Below, in pieces: positions 1-9,809 of a stretch of 51,611 nucleotides of DNA. Position numbers and translations under genes: made by a program. The number at the start of each line of letters is the position of its first letter. Position 1 is the stretch's first letter. The stretch is from Syntrophomonadaceae bacterium (GTDB lineage: Bacteria > Bacillota > Dethiobacteria > DTU022): NCBI GenBank assembly GCA_007129055.1, contig SKWE01000069.1, positions 1 through 51,611 on the forward strand, given 5' to 3'. The notes under the pieces were generated by a model. It was not told the origin of the DNA, searched no databases, and worked only from the letters and a program-made list of their open reading frames with translations.

Positions 1-55
1 CACCGATAAGTGAGCGGTTAAACCTGATTCCCCTGAAAGGTTTGATAATAGCCAT
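1..55 (-). CDS. 5' end of a divergently transcribed gene (MAIIKPFRGIRFNRSLIG...), possibly DUF1015 family; runs off the window
   Basis: Hand translation of the minus strand. ATG is the complement of 53-55, preceded by GGGGAGG (complement of 61-67). Only 18 codons are visible. The M-A-x-I-x-P-F start resembles DUF1015 proteins from memory only. Confidence 0.35.
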   Translation of the reverse strand, partial: MAIIKPFRGIRFNRSLIG

Positions 56-214
56 GTTTTCCTCCCCTGCCGGCATTTATAGTCTGGTTTTTTAAATTGT
101 AGCAGTTGTCTTGCATTTAAGATTCTATAATAACAGTTAAGCTATTGCAATATGTGTGCGAGATAAGAAAGATATAACAGGTCAGTCAATTGCTTATTAA
201 TATTACTGATTTAA

Positions 215-243
215 TTGCCATGGAAGACGAACTATGCTATACT
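215..243 (+). promoter_or_regulatory. Candidate sigma-A promoter of rpsB-tsf (TTGCCA-17-TATACT)
   Basis: TTGCCA at 215-220, a 17-nt spacer, TATACT at 238-243. This leaves a roughly 100-nt 5' UTR before rpsB. Confidence 0.4.
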
Positions 244-353
244 ACCTCTGGTAAATCTATAAAACGCACGCCTGTTGAGGCCGTAATCGGTTGGCTGAAA
301 GCTTGGTTAAGGTCAATGAATCAGGCGGTGGCAAAACAAAAGGAGGAACTATA

Positions 354-1352
354 TTGGCTAAGGTAAGTATGAAACAGCTGTTGGAAGCGGGGGTTCATTT
401 TGGACATCAGACTCGCCGCTGGAACCCGAAGATGAAAAATTATATCTTCACAGAAAGAAACGGGATTTATATTATTGACCTGCAGAAAACTGTTAAGCTT
501 ATGGATAGCGCTTACAATTTTGTGAAGGATACAGTTGCCGATGGCGGCAACATTATCTTTGTGGGAACCAAAAAACAAGCCCAGGAATCTGTTCGCTTTG
601 AAGCTGAAAGAAGTGGAGCACATTATGTTAATCACCGTTGGCTTGGCGGAATGTTGACTAATTTTAATACAATCCGCAAACGTATTGATAGAATGTTAAA
701 GCTGGAAACGATGGAAACAGACGGCACTTTTGAGCGCTTAACTAAAAAGGAAGTGCTGACCCTGATGAATGAAAAAGAACGCCTGATGAAATTTCTCAGT
801 GGGATTCGCAACATGAAAAAGCTACCTGACGCAGTTTACGTTGTAGATCCGCGAAAAGAAAAAATAGCAGTTGCCGAAGCCAGAAAACTAGACATACCTG
901 TTATTGCTATAGTTGATACAAATTGCGATCCTGATGAGATTGATTACCTCATTCCTGGTAATGATGATGCCATTCGGGCAGTTAAGCTAATTACCTCTGT
1001 AATTGCCGATGCTGTTCTGGAAGGAAAACAAATCATGGATGCTGCAAATGAAGATGATAAATCGGACGCAGATGAACAAGAAGTTATGGCGATTGCAACT
1101 GAAACTGCCCGGCCTGCTGCTGAGGCGGCTGTTGAGGAAGCAGTTCCTGTAGCCATGGACAAAGTAGCTGAGGCAGCTAAAAAGGCAAGGGAAAAAGAAG
1201 AGGCCGGGGAAGAAGCCAAAGAAACTGAAACTGAAACAGAAGAAGTTAGTGATGAGATTGAACAGGTTGCCCAGGCTGAGGAAGTTGCCGAAGTTAAAAA
1301 TGAAGCAGTTGAGGGCGAAACGCCCGATAGTGAAGACGAAAAAAGTGAATAA
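354..1352 (+). CDS. rpsB: 30S ribosomal protein S2 with a roughly 105-aa acidic C-terminal extension
   Basis: ORF 291..1352 carries the conserved S2 N-terminus [28 protein letters not shown] at 341-346 favours the in-frame TTG at 354 (MAKVSMKQ...). The tail after ...AVLEGKQ is Glu/Ala-rich. Confidence 0.95.
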   Translation: MAKVSMKQLLEAGVHFGHQTRRWNPKMKNYIFTERNGIYIIDLQKTVKLMDSAYNFVKDTVADGGNIIFVGTKKQAQESVRFEAERSGAHYVNHRWLGGMLTNFNTIRKRIDRMLKLETMETDGTFERLTKKEVLTLMNEKERLMKFLSGIRNMKKLPDAVYVVDPRKEKIAVAEARKLDIPVIAIVDTNCDPDEIDYLIPGNDDAIRAVKLITSVIADAVLEGKQIMDAANEDDKSDADEQEVMAIATETARPAAEAAVEEAVPVAMDKVAEAAKKAREKEEAGEEAKETETETEEVSDEIEQVAQAEEVAEVKNEAVEGETPDSEDEKSE

Positions 1353-1376
1353 GTTTACATAGAGGAGTGAACATTA

Positions 1377-2003
1377 ATGCACATTGATGCAAAAATAGTT
1401 AAAGCCTTACGTGAAAAAACCGGCGCCGGTATGATGGACTGTAAGAAAGCCCTGCAGGAAGCTGAAGGCAATGAAGAGAAGGCTGTGGATATCTTAAGAG
1501 AAAAAGGCCTTTCAGCAGCAGCCAAACGCGCCGATAGGGCAGCAAACCAGGGAATAATTGATTCTTACATTCACCTTGGCGGTAAAATCGGGGTACTTGT
1601 TGAAGTAAACTGTGAAACAGATTTTGTCGCCAGGAACGATGAGTTTCGTGAATTTGTAAGAAATATTTGCTTGCAGGTGGCCGCAACAAATCCAGCTTAC
1701 CTGCACAAAGAGCAGGTTCCCGAAAACATTCTTGAAAAAGAGAGCCAGATAATCAGGGCCCAGGCTTTAAATGATGGGAAACCCGAAAAAGTGATTGAAA
1801 AAATAGTTGAAGGACGTCTTGATAAATTTTACAGCGAGAACTGCCTCATGAATCAAACTTTTGTTAAAGATGAGGATTTAACAATAGAGCAGCTTTTAAC
1901 TAATTTAATTGCCAAAATTGGTGAAAATATAATAATAAGACGTTTCAGCCGGTTTGAAATAGGTGAAAATCTAGAAAATGATTCAACCTGCTGCTGCGGA
2001 TAA
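1377..2003 (+). CDS. tsf: Elongation factor Ts (short, roughly 200-aa form)
   Basis: N-terminal UBA-like [19 protein letters not shown] and core [24 protein letters not shown]. Immediately downstream of rpsB. Confidence 0.95.
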   Translation: MHIDAKIVKALREKTGAGMMDCKKALQEAEGNEEKAVDILREKGLSAAAKRADRAANQGIIDSYIHLGGKIGVLVEVNCETDFVARNDEFREFVRNICLQVAATNPAYLHKEQVPENILEKESQIIRAQALNDGKPEKVIEKIVEGRLDKFYSENCLMNQTFVKDEDLTIEQLLTNLIAKIGENIIIRRFSRFEIGENLENDSTCCCG

Positions 2004-2010
2004 GTCGTAA

Positions 2011-2039
2011 AAAAGAACACTGCAAAGTGTTCTTTTTTT
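2011..2039 (+). terminator. Intrinsic terminator of rpsB-tsf
   Basis: GAACACT-GCAA-AGTGTTC stem-loop extended by A/T pairs, followed by T7. Confidence 0.8.
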
Positions 2040-2088
2040 ATGAGGACCAAAGAATGTTATATGTTAAACAAAAAGTTGATCGGTTTGA

Positions 2089-2853
<765 letters not shown>

Positions 2854-2856
2854 TTT

Positions 2857-3414
2857 ATGACAGACGATATTTATCTTGAAGCCGGAGAGAAGATGGAAAA
2901 AGTCATAAATGCATTTCAGCGTGAGTTAGCCACTTTGCGGGCAGGAAGAGCAGCTCCAACTTTATTAGACAGAATTGAAGTAGATTATTATGGAACAATG
3001 ACTCCTTTGAATCAGTTGGCCGGGGTAACCGCACCTGAATCAAGACTACTGGTGATACAACCATGGGATAAACAGGCCATGGAGGACATTGAAAAGGCAA
3101 TTTTAAAATCTGATTTGGGCCTGACCCCAAGTAATGACGGCAATGTGATTAGGTTGACAATACCGCAGCTTACTGAAGAGAGACGCAAAGAGCTGGTTAA
3201 ATTTGTTAGAAAGAAGGCCGAAGAAAGCAAAGTATCGGTACGTAATGTCCGCAGGGATGCTAATGAAAGTATTAAACAGCTAGAAAAAAACAGTGATATT
3301 TCTGAAGATGAGCGAAGGAGATCACAAGACAGTATTCAGGAGCTAACTGATGAGAAAATTAAAGAAATAGATCAGATCATGGAAGTAAAAGAAAAAGAAA
3401 TGATGGAAGTATGA
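2857..3414 (+). CDS. frr: Ribosome recycling factor
   Basis: 185-aa ORF with typical RRF sequence (LRAGRA.P.LLD.I.V.YYG) in the conserved pyrH-frr position. Confidence 0.95.
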   Translation: MTDDIYLEAGEKMEKVINAFQRELATLRAGRAAPTLLDRIEVDYYGTMTPLNQLAGVTAPESRLLVIQPWDKQAMEDIEKAILKSDLGLTPSNDGNVIRLTIPQLTEERRKELVKFVRKKAEESKVSVRNVRRDANESIKQLEKNSDISEDERRRSQDSIQELTDEKIKEIDQIMEVKEKEMMEV

Positions 3415-3511
3415 TATTTAATAATTCATAAAATATTCTCAGTTCAAATCTAATAGAATCCTTAAGGTCTTCTCTTCTTTAAAGTGCTATTACGAATACA
3501 CTAATAGAAAA

Positions 3512-3542
3512 CGGCTCTCTCTTGAGAAGAAAGAGAGAGCCG
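3512..3542 (+). terminator. 11-bp polypyrimidine/polypurine hairpin between frr and uppS (weak terminator or attenuator)
   Basis: CGGCTCTCTCT-TGAGAAGAA-AGAGAGAGCCG. Only a poor T-tract follows (CTGTTATT). Confidence 0.4.
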
Positions 3543-3564
3543 CTGTTATTGAATGGCGGGATAA

Positions 3565-4311
3565 TTGTTGAAAGAGGATATTAAATTAAAAGAACTGGAG
3601 CAGAAAATTCTTGCGGGAGTTATCCCACAGCATTTAGCTATCATTATGGATGGTAACGGCAGGTGGGCGGCTGAAAAAGGTTTGCCCAGGCATGAGGGAC
3701 ACCGGCAGGGGGTTGAAAGTGTCAGGGCTACAGTTCGCAATTGCAATGAACTCGGAATAAGCGTGTTAACACTTTTTGCATTTTCAACTGAAAACTGGCA
3801 GCGTCCAATTAGTGAAGTTAATTACCTGATGAGTCTTCCAGAAAAATACTTTGACTCAGAGTTGCCGGAACTAATACGCAATAATGTTCAGGTAAGGTTG
3901 ATCGGAGAAACTGGTAAGCTTCCCCGAAAAGTGCAAAAAGCGGTGAGAGAAGGTAGTGAGAAAACTAAAGACAATGATGGAATGGTCTTAAATTTTGCTT
4001 TAAACTATGGCTCCCGTGATGAAATATTGCGGGCAGTTAACCTTATTATTAAAGATCTAAAAGAAAAAAATATTAAAAAGAAAATAGATGAAAATGCTTT
4101 TTCTGATTACCTCTATACGGCAGGTTTGCCAGATCCTGATCTGCTAATTCGAACCAGTGGAGAATTAAGGATAAGTAACTTTTTACTCTGGCAAATCGCT
4201 TACAGTGAACTCTACTTTACAGAAGTCTATTGGCCCGAGTTTTCAAGAATGCACTTACTGGAAGCTATAGACACTTTTCAGCAGCGGAAAAGGCGCTACG
4301 GAAAGATATAA
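3565..4311 (+). CDS. uppS: Undecaprenyl diphosphate synthase (cis-prenyltransferase)
   Basis: HLAIIMDGNGRWA and RTSGE.R.SNFLLWQ motifs. TTG start. Confidence 0.95.
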   Translation: MLKEDIKLKELEQKILAGVIPQHLAIIMDGNGRWAAEKGLPRHEGHRQGVESVRATVRNCNELGISVLTLFAFSTENWQRPISEVNYLMSLPEKYFDSELPELIRNNVQVRLIGETGKLPRKVQKAVREGSEKTKDNDGMVLNFALNYGSRDEILRAVNLIIKDLKEKNIKKKIDENAFSDYLYTAGLPDPDLLIRTSGELRISNFLLWQIAYSELYFTEVYWPEFSRMHLLEAIDTFQQRKRRYGKI

Positions 4312-4375
4312 AATGCCTGGTTATAGATCGATTAACACAAGAGAATGCAAATCTGTTTGAAGTAAGGTGGTTAAT

Positions 4376-5176
4376 ATGCTCATCTTAAGAATTATATCAG
4401 CACTGGTTGGTATTCCAATCGTGCTGGCTGCAGTTTATTATGGAGGTCCCTGGTATGCCCTGTTCTTGCTGCTGATTGTGAATGTAGGTGCGTATGAATA
4501 TAACACCCTGCTTAAGAAACAAAACTATAATGGATCAACTGCTTACACGTTTATTGGTGTAAGCCTCTTCATTGCTACTATATATTTTGAGCAATTTCAG
4601 TTATTGTACCCACTGGTTATGCTTTTATTTTTCATGCTATTTGTTAACACGCTTTTCAGTATGGACAGACTAAGCCTGGCTGATTCGGCGTTCACGCTGT
4701 GGGGTATTATTTACTTAGGCGGATTTGCCGGTTTCCTGCTAATGCTCAGAGCGCTTCCGGACGGAGCGATGTTTACATTTATTATGCTTGCCGGTGTTTG
4801 GATTCATGATACCTGCGCTTATTTTATTGGTATGAAATGGGGCATGCGTAAATTCTCTCCAGAGATAAGCCCCAATAAATCTGTAGAAGGCTCAATTGCC
4901 GGTATCGCCGGTACCGTAGCTATATTTTTCTCACTGGCAATATTAGTTCCCGAATATTCTCCACTAAACCCTGCACAGGCTGTTATACTGGCCCTGGGCA
5001 TAGCAGTATTTTCACAGCTTGGCGATCTGCTGGAATCAGTGTTAAAACGTCAGCTTGGCGTAAAGGATTCAGGAGGAATTATACCAGGGCATGGTGGTAT
5101 TCTTGATCGGTTTGACAGCATATTATTAGCTGCACCTTTCACTTATGCCTTTTTTTTATTAATTAACATGATTTAA
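4376..5176 (+). CDS. cdsA: Phosphatidate cytidylyltransferase
   Basis: Multi-TM protein with the signature LKRQLGVKDSGGIIPGHGGILDRFDS. AAGGTGG RBS favours ATG at 4376; the ORF track starts at 4367. Confidence 0.9.
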   Translation: MLILRIISALVGIPIVLAAVYYGGPWYALFLLLIVNVGAYEYNTLLKKQNYNGSTAYTFIGVSLFIATIYFEQFQLLYPLVMLLFFMLFVNTLFSMDRLSLADSAFTLWGIIYLGGFAGFLLMLRALPDGAMFTFIMLAGVWIHDTCAYFIGMKWGMRKFSPEISPNKSVEGSIAGIAGTVAIFFSLAILVPEYSPLNPAQAVILALGIAVFSQLGDLLESVLKRQLGVKDSGGIIPGHGGILDRFDSILLAAPFTYAFFLLINMI

Positions 5177-5187
5177 GGTGGTTATAT

Positions 5188-6351
5188 ATGAAGCGCATTT
5201 CTATATTAGGTTCAACGGGCTCCATCGGCACTCAAACACTGGAAGTAGTAGAAAAGCTTGGTGAAGATTTTAATGTAGTGGCTCTCGCTGCGGGGAGCGA
5301 TCACCTTAAACTTGCAGATCAGGTCAGACGTTATAAACCTGAATTAGCAGTGTTAAAAGATAATAAAGCGGCAGACATTCTGGCAGCAGAAATTTATAAT
5401 GAAGAATGCCTGGTAGAGGCTGGTTCCGAGGGATTACTAAAAGCAGCAACTTGGCCCTCCGCTGATATTATTGTTTTAGCACAGTCAGGTGCTGGAGGCT
5501 TTGAAACATTAATCGCTGCATTAAAAAATGATAAAGTAGTTGCCCTTTCAAATAAAGAGTCGCTTGTAATCGGTGGGGAAACAATAGAAAGAATGGGTTT
5601 GCTTGACAGGGATAGAATATACCCCCTTGATAGTGAACACTCTGCAATATGGCAATGTATTGGTTCTTTGTCAGGAAAAGGTGTTGAAAAAATTTACCTA
5701 ACAGCTTCGGGAGGCCCTTTTTTGGGGTGGACCAGGGAAAAAATGAAGAATGTTACACCTGAGATGGCTCTCAAGCATCCTAACTGGAAGATGGGAAGGA
5801 AGATAACCATAGATTCATCAACCTTGATGAATAAGGGACTTGAAGTTATTGAAGCAAGGTGGTTATTTAATCTACCCCTGGATAAAATTGAAGTGGTTGT
5901 TCATCCCCAGAGTATAGTTCACTCCATGGTAGAATTTGTAGATGGTTCAATTATTGCTCAACTGGGAGAACCACAAATGCATTTGCCTATCCATTATGCA
6001 TTAACTTATCCTGACAGAGTAAACGGAAACTACGAAAGGTTTAACCCTATTGACAGGAAGCTAAATTTCTTAGCACCTGATTATGAAAACTTTCCCTGTC
6101 TTGGCTTGGCATACAGCGCTGGAAAAAGCGGAGGTTCAATGCCAGCTGTTTTAAATGCGTCGAATGAAGAAGCTGTTGATTATTTTTTAAATGGTAAAAT
6201 TGGATTTATGGAAATACCGGTTTTAATTGAAAAGACCATGAATTCTCACAAGATTGTTCAGCACCCTGGAGTATCTGATATAATTGAAGCAGACAGGTGG
6301 GCCCGTCAGGAGGCCGGGAGACTGGCTGTTGAAATAAAGAGAGGAAGATAA
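5188..6351 (+). CDS. dxr: 1-deoxy-D-xylulose 5-phosphate reductoisomerase
   Basis: ILGSTGSIGTQTL NADPH-binding motif. Full-length 387-aa Dxr-like sequence. Confidence 0.95.
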   Translation: MKRISILGSTGSIGTQTLEVVEKLGEDFNVVALAAGSDHLKLADQVRRYKPELAVLKDNKAADILAAEIYNEECLVEAGSEGLLKAATWPSADIIVLAQSGAGGFETLIAALKNDKVVALSNKESLVIGGETIERMGLLDRDRIYPLDSEHSAIWQCIGSLSGKGVEKIYLTASGGPFLGWTREKMKNVTPEMALKHPNWKMGRKITIDSSTLMNKGLEVIEARWLFNLPLDKIEVVVHPQSIVHSMVEFVDGSIIAQLGEPQMHLPIHYALTYPDRVNGNYERFNPIDRKLNFLAPDYENFPCLGLAYSAGKSGGSMPAVLNASNEEAVDYFLNGKIGFMEIPVLIEKTMNSHKIVQHPGVSDIIEADRWARQEAGRLAVEIKRGR

Positions 6352-6355
6352 GCTT

Positions 6356-7375
6356 ATGCAGACATTTATAGCATCCATATTTGTTTTTGGGCTACTAATA
6401 CTGGTTCATGAACTGGGCCATTATTTTGTAGCGCGGTTAACAGGGATTAAAGTCCTGGAGCTTGCTATCGGATTCGGGCCGAAAATTATTGGCTGGACGA
6501 AAGATGAAATAGATTATTCTCTAAGAGCGATCCCGCTGGGCGGTTTTTGCAGGTTGTTGGGTGAAACGCCTGAAGAGGCCCAGCTGCCGGATAGCTTCCC
6601 ACAAAAACCTGTTTTAAGCAGGGCTGCGGTTTTGGTAGCCGGTGCTGCCATGAACCTGTTCCTTGCAATATTTGTTTTCTTTATTATATTTTTCTTTATC
6701 GCCGGGACGCCGGTGGCAGATAGCGGAAAAATTGGTTATCTCGTAGAAGATTTTCCTGCCCAGGAGGCGGGGCTGCAAACCGGGGATGTAATCAAGTCAA
6801 TTGAAGGCCACCCTGTAAGTGAATGGGAAGATATAATATATCTTATTTCAAGTAGACCCGAACAGGTTATTACACTTGAAATTGAAAGGGAAGGGTCTGT
6901 CAAGGAATTTAGTATCATGACTGTAATTGAACCTGGATCGGAGCGCGGCGTTATTGGAATAGGTCAGCCGATTGAACGTTTCCAATTCCTGTCTTCTTTG
7001 GGTTTAAGCTTTGAAAGATTTGGAATGGTCATTGCATCAATATTCCAGGTTTTAACCGGTCAGGCTCCTCTTGATGTTGCCGGCCCCGTAGGTATCGTTT
7101 TCGTGATCGGGGAAGTTGCACAGACAGGTTTTGTAAATTTACTGCTTTTGACAGCGCTAATTAGCATCAGTCTTGGAATTATGAACCTGTTACCAATTCC
7201 AGCCCTCGATGGCGGAAGATTATTATTTCTTATTGTAGAGGCAATTCGCGGTAAAAAAATTGATCCCGAAAAAGAGGGAATGATTCACTTCATCGGTTTT
7301 GCAGTATTAATCGTATTGATTCTTTTTATTACTTACCAGGACATTTTAAGATTCTTTGTTGCTCCTGGAAACTAG
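6356..7375 (+). CDS. rseP: Site-2 (M50) intramembrane zinc metalloprotease RseP/RasP
   Basis: HELGHY zinc motif, a central PDZ-like segment, the NLLPIPALDGG motif, multiple TM segments. Confidence 0.9.
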   Translation: MQTFIASIFVFGLLILVHELGHYFVARLTGIKVLELAIGFGPKIIGWTKDEIDYSLRAIPLGGFCRLLGETPEEAQLPDSFPQKPVLSRAAVLVAGAAMNLFLAIFVFFIIFFFIAGTPVADSGKIGYLVEDFPAQEAGLQTGDVIKSIEGHPVSEWEDIIYLISSRPEQVITLEIEREGSVKEFSIMTVIEPGSERGVIGIGQPIERFQFLSSLGLSFERFGMVIASIFQVLTGQAPLDVAGPVGIVFVIGEVAQTGFVNLLLLTALISISLGIMNLLPIPALDGGRLLFLIVEAIRGKKIDPEKEGMIHFIGFAVLIVLILFITYQDILRFFVAPGN

Positions 7376-7396
7376 GATCAAGGAAAGCTGATTTAA

Positions 7397-8500
7397 ATGA
7401 CAGAAAGAATAACACGGAAATTGACCAGGCCGGTTATGATTGGCGATCTAAGTATTGGTGGGGAGTTTCCAATAGTTATTCAATCAATGACCAATACTAA
7501 AACAACTGATATAACTTCTACAAAGAAGCAGGTAAGTGAACTAATTGCTGCAGGATGCGAGATGATACGTCTCGCTATTCCGGATCGGGCTTCTGTAACG
7601 GCCCTGGAAAAAATAGTTTCTTACAGTTCTGTTCCAATAGTTGCAGACATACACTTTGATGATGATCTTGCAATTAGGGCAATTGAGAATGGAGCTGCGA
7701 AAATTAGAATTAACCCCGGAAATATTGGAGGCAGGAAAAAACTAACGGCCATAGCAAAAAAGGCTGACGCTTACAATGTTGCCATGAGGGTCGGTATTAA
7801 CTCAGGATCACTGGAAAAAGATATACTCAATAAATTTGGCGCCGTTACTGCAGAAGCTCTTGTCTGCTCTGCAAAACGTCACCAGCAATACCTGGAGGAA
7901 ATACCGTTTACCAATCTGGTCTTTTCAATTAAAGCCTCAACTGTATATACCACTATTAAAGCCTGCCAGCTTTTTTCTGAAACAAGCGATTATCCACTGC
8001 ATCTTGGAATTACTGAAGCAGGCCCTCCAAGTGTTGGTCTGATCAAAAGTGCCATAGGAATAGGCACTTTGCTGGCAGAGGGAATAGGTGATACAATCAG
8101 GGTGTCACTTACTGCATCCCCGGTTGAGGAAGTGGAAGCAGCCCGTAAAATACTTCAGGCACTTGGGATCAGATCGTTCGGCCCCGAACTAATTTCATGC
8201 CCAACATGCGGTCGGTGTGAAACTGACTTACAATCCTTGACTGCTGAAGTAGAGAAGATCCTCAATGAATACCATATCCCTGTGAAAGTGGCGGTAATGG
8301 GTTGCGCAGTTAACGGGCCCGGAGAGGCCAGGGAAGCTGATATCGGCATTTCTGCAGGAAAAAAGCAGGGTATCATATTTTGTAAGGGCAGGGTAGTCAG
8401 GACTGTAAAAACAGATATTTTGCTAGAAACTTTTAAGCAAGAGCTGAAGATATTTTTAGAAATGGTTGATCCCGATAGTCCGGGAGGGTTTAATAGATGA
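7397..8500 (+). CDS. ispG: 4-hydroxy-3-methylbut-2-enyl diphosphate synthase
   Basis: GcpE-family sequence with the C-terminal cysteine cluster CPTCGRC...GCAVNGPGE. Confidence 0.95.
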   Translation: MTERITRKLTRPVMIGDLSIGGEFPIVIQSMTNTKTTDITSTKKQVSELIAAGCEMIRLAIPDRASVTALEKIVSYSSVPIVADIHFDDDLAIRAIENGAAKIRINPGNIGGRKKLTAIAKKADAYNVAMRVGINSGSLEKDILNKFGAVTAEALVCSAKRHQQYLEEIPFTNLVFSIKASTVYTTIKACQLFSETSDYPLHLGITEAGPPSVGLIKSAIGIGTLLAEGIGDTIRVSLTASPVEEVEAARKILQALGIRSFGPELISCPTCGRCETDLQSLTAEVEKILNEYHIPVKVAVMGCAVNGPGEAREADIGISAGKKQGIIFCKGRVVRTVKTDILLETFKQELKIFLEMVDPDSPGGFNR

Positions 8501-9153
8501 ATGTATCGGCAATTATACCTGCTTACAATGAAGAGAAAACAATTGATAATGTTTTAAAGGTTTTGAACAGTTCTTCCCTGGTTGATGAGATTATTGTAGT
8601 TAGCGATGGATCCGAAGATGCTACTGCAGATTCTGCACAAGAATATAATAGTGTTATAACGATAGATTTATTGCATAACCGGGGTAAGGGTGGAGCTGTT
8701 ATCGCAGGGCTTAAAAGAAGTAAAAATGACATTATATTGATCCTGGACGCTGATTTAATCGGGCTGACAGAACAGCATGTCCAACAGCTGCTTAAGCCGG
8801 TATCAAAGGGCGAAACCAAGATGGCAATTGGCGTTTTCGAGAAAGGCAGGGTAGCCACTGATTTTGCCCAGAAAGTAGCTCCCTTCTTATCGGGGCAAAG
8901 AGCAATGAAAAGAGAACTGCTGGAAAATATTTCTGACCTGGATCTAACTCGCTTCGGAATTGAAGTTGCCTTACATCAATATGTTGATGAGCATAATATC
9001 CCGACAGTGGAAGTTCAGTTGCCGGATCTTTCTCATGTGATGAAAGAAGAAAAACTTGGTCTGTGGAAAGGAATCTGTGCCAGGGCAATTATGTACTTTG
9101 AAATATTCAAATATGTTTTGAGAGTTGATTCCCTTACTAAAAAGAATAAATAG
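8497..9153 (+). CDS. Small soluble GT-A fold glycosyltransferase (GT2/GT81, glucosyl-3-phosphoglycerate-synthase-like)
   Basis: IIPAYNEE, LVDEIIVVSDGSED, GKGGA, LDADL and LSGQRA motifs. No TM segment. ATGA overlap with the ispG stop codon. Confidence 0.8.
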   Translation: MNVSAIIPAYNEEKTIDNVLKVLNSSSLVDEIIVVSDGSEDATADSAQEYNSVITIDLLHNRGKGGAVIAGLKRSKNDIILILDADLIGLTEQHVQQLLKPVSKGETKMAIGVFEKGRVATDFAQKVAPFLSGQRAMKRELLENISDLDLTRFGIEVALHQYVDEHNIPTVEVQLPDLSHVMKEEKLGLWKGICARAIMYFEIFKYVLRVDSLTKKNK

Positions 9154-9242
9154 TGCTGACAAAAGGCTCCAGCTCCGCATGTAAACCTTGCGTGTGCAGG
9201 TTAAATATGATAAATTATAAAAGATGAAATTGTTTTATCTGC

Positions 9243-9266
9243 AGAGGGTGGGGTTTCCCACTCTTT
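9243..9266 (+). promoter_or_regulatory. Hairpin in the rimP-nusA-infB leader (possible attenuator)
   Basis: AGAGGGTGGG-GTTT-CCCACTCTTT, about 10 bp including G-U pairs, located 22 nt upstream of the rimP ATG. Confidence 0.3.
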
Positions 9267-9287
9267 CATGTTAAAGGGGTAATTTTT

Positions 9288-9809
9288 ATGACCAGGGAAG
9301 AAACCAGGAGTTTGCTGATTGAGTTAATTGAACCTGCACTGGAAGAAATGGGATATGAACTGCTGCGTTTGGACTATGTCGTTGGTAAACATGGTCACGT
9401 AAATATATACATTGACTCTGAAGATGGAGTTAGAATTGAAGATTGTGAGGCAGCTAGCAGGACGGTCTCTGATTTACTCGATCAGCATGATCCTATCGCA
9501 CATGCTTATACTCTTGAAGTATCTTCACCGGGGATTGAAAGACCGCTTTCAAAGAGAAAGCATTTTATTAAATACCAGGGTGAAAAAATAAAATTGAAGA
9601 CAAAAAGAGAGATCACCGGAAGCAGAAAACTCAGTGGACAAATCTTAAATGCCGGAGAAGATAATCTTGAAGTATTGCAGGGAAATGGAGAAAAAGTTTT
9701 CATACCCTACGATTTGATAGAACGTGCCAATCTTTGGTACACAGGACCGGAAATAGAGCAAATGGCGAAACTAAACAGGGAAAGGGGGTTGAAGAAGGCC
9801 GATGAATAA
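9288..9809 (+). CDS. rimP: Ribosome maturation factor RimP
   Basis: Typical RimP sequence (YTLEVSSPGIERPL) in the conserved position upstream of nusA. Confidence 0.9.
   Translation: MTREETRSLLIELIEPALEEMGYELLRLDYVVGKHGHVNIYIDSEDGVRIEDCEAASRTVSDLLDQHDPIAHAYTLEVSSPGIERPLSKRKHFIKYQGEKIKLKTKREITGSRKLSGQILNAGEDNLEVLQGNGEKVFIPYDLIERANLWYTGPEIEQMAKLNRERGLKKADE

Noticed and set aside
291-353. N-terminal extension of rpsB in the ORF track ([21 protein letters not shown]...)
   Set aside because: The strong AGGAGG lies inside this extension and is positioned for the TTG at 354. Conserved S2 sequence begins right after that.
1201-1265. Short tandem GAAACT/GAAG repeats as a possible repeat array
   Set aside because: They are in frame within the rpsB tail (ETETETEE) and only a few units long, so this is coding low-complexity sequence. 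It is not a CRISPR array or a VNTR-type element.
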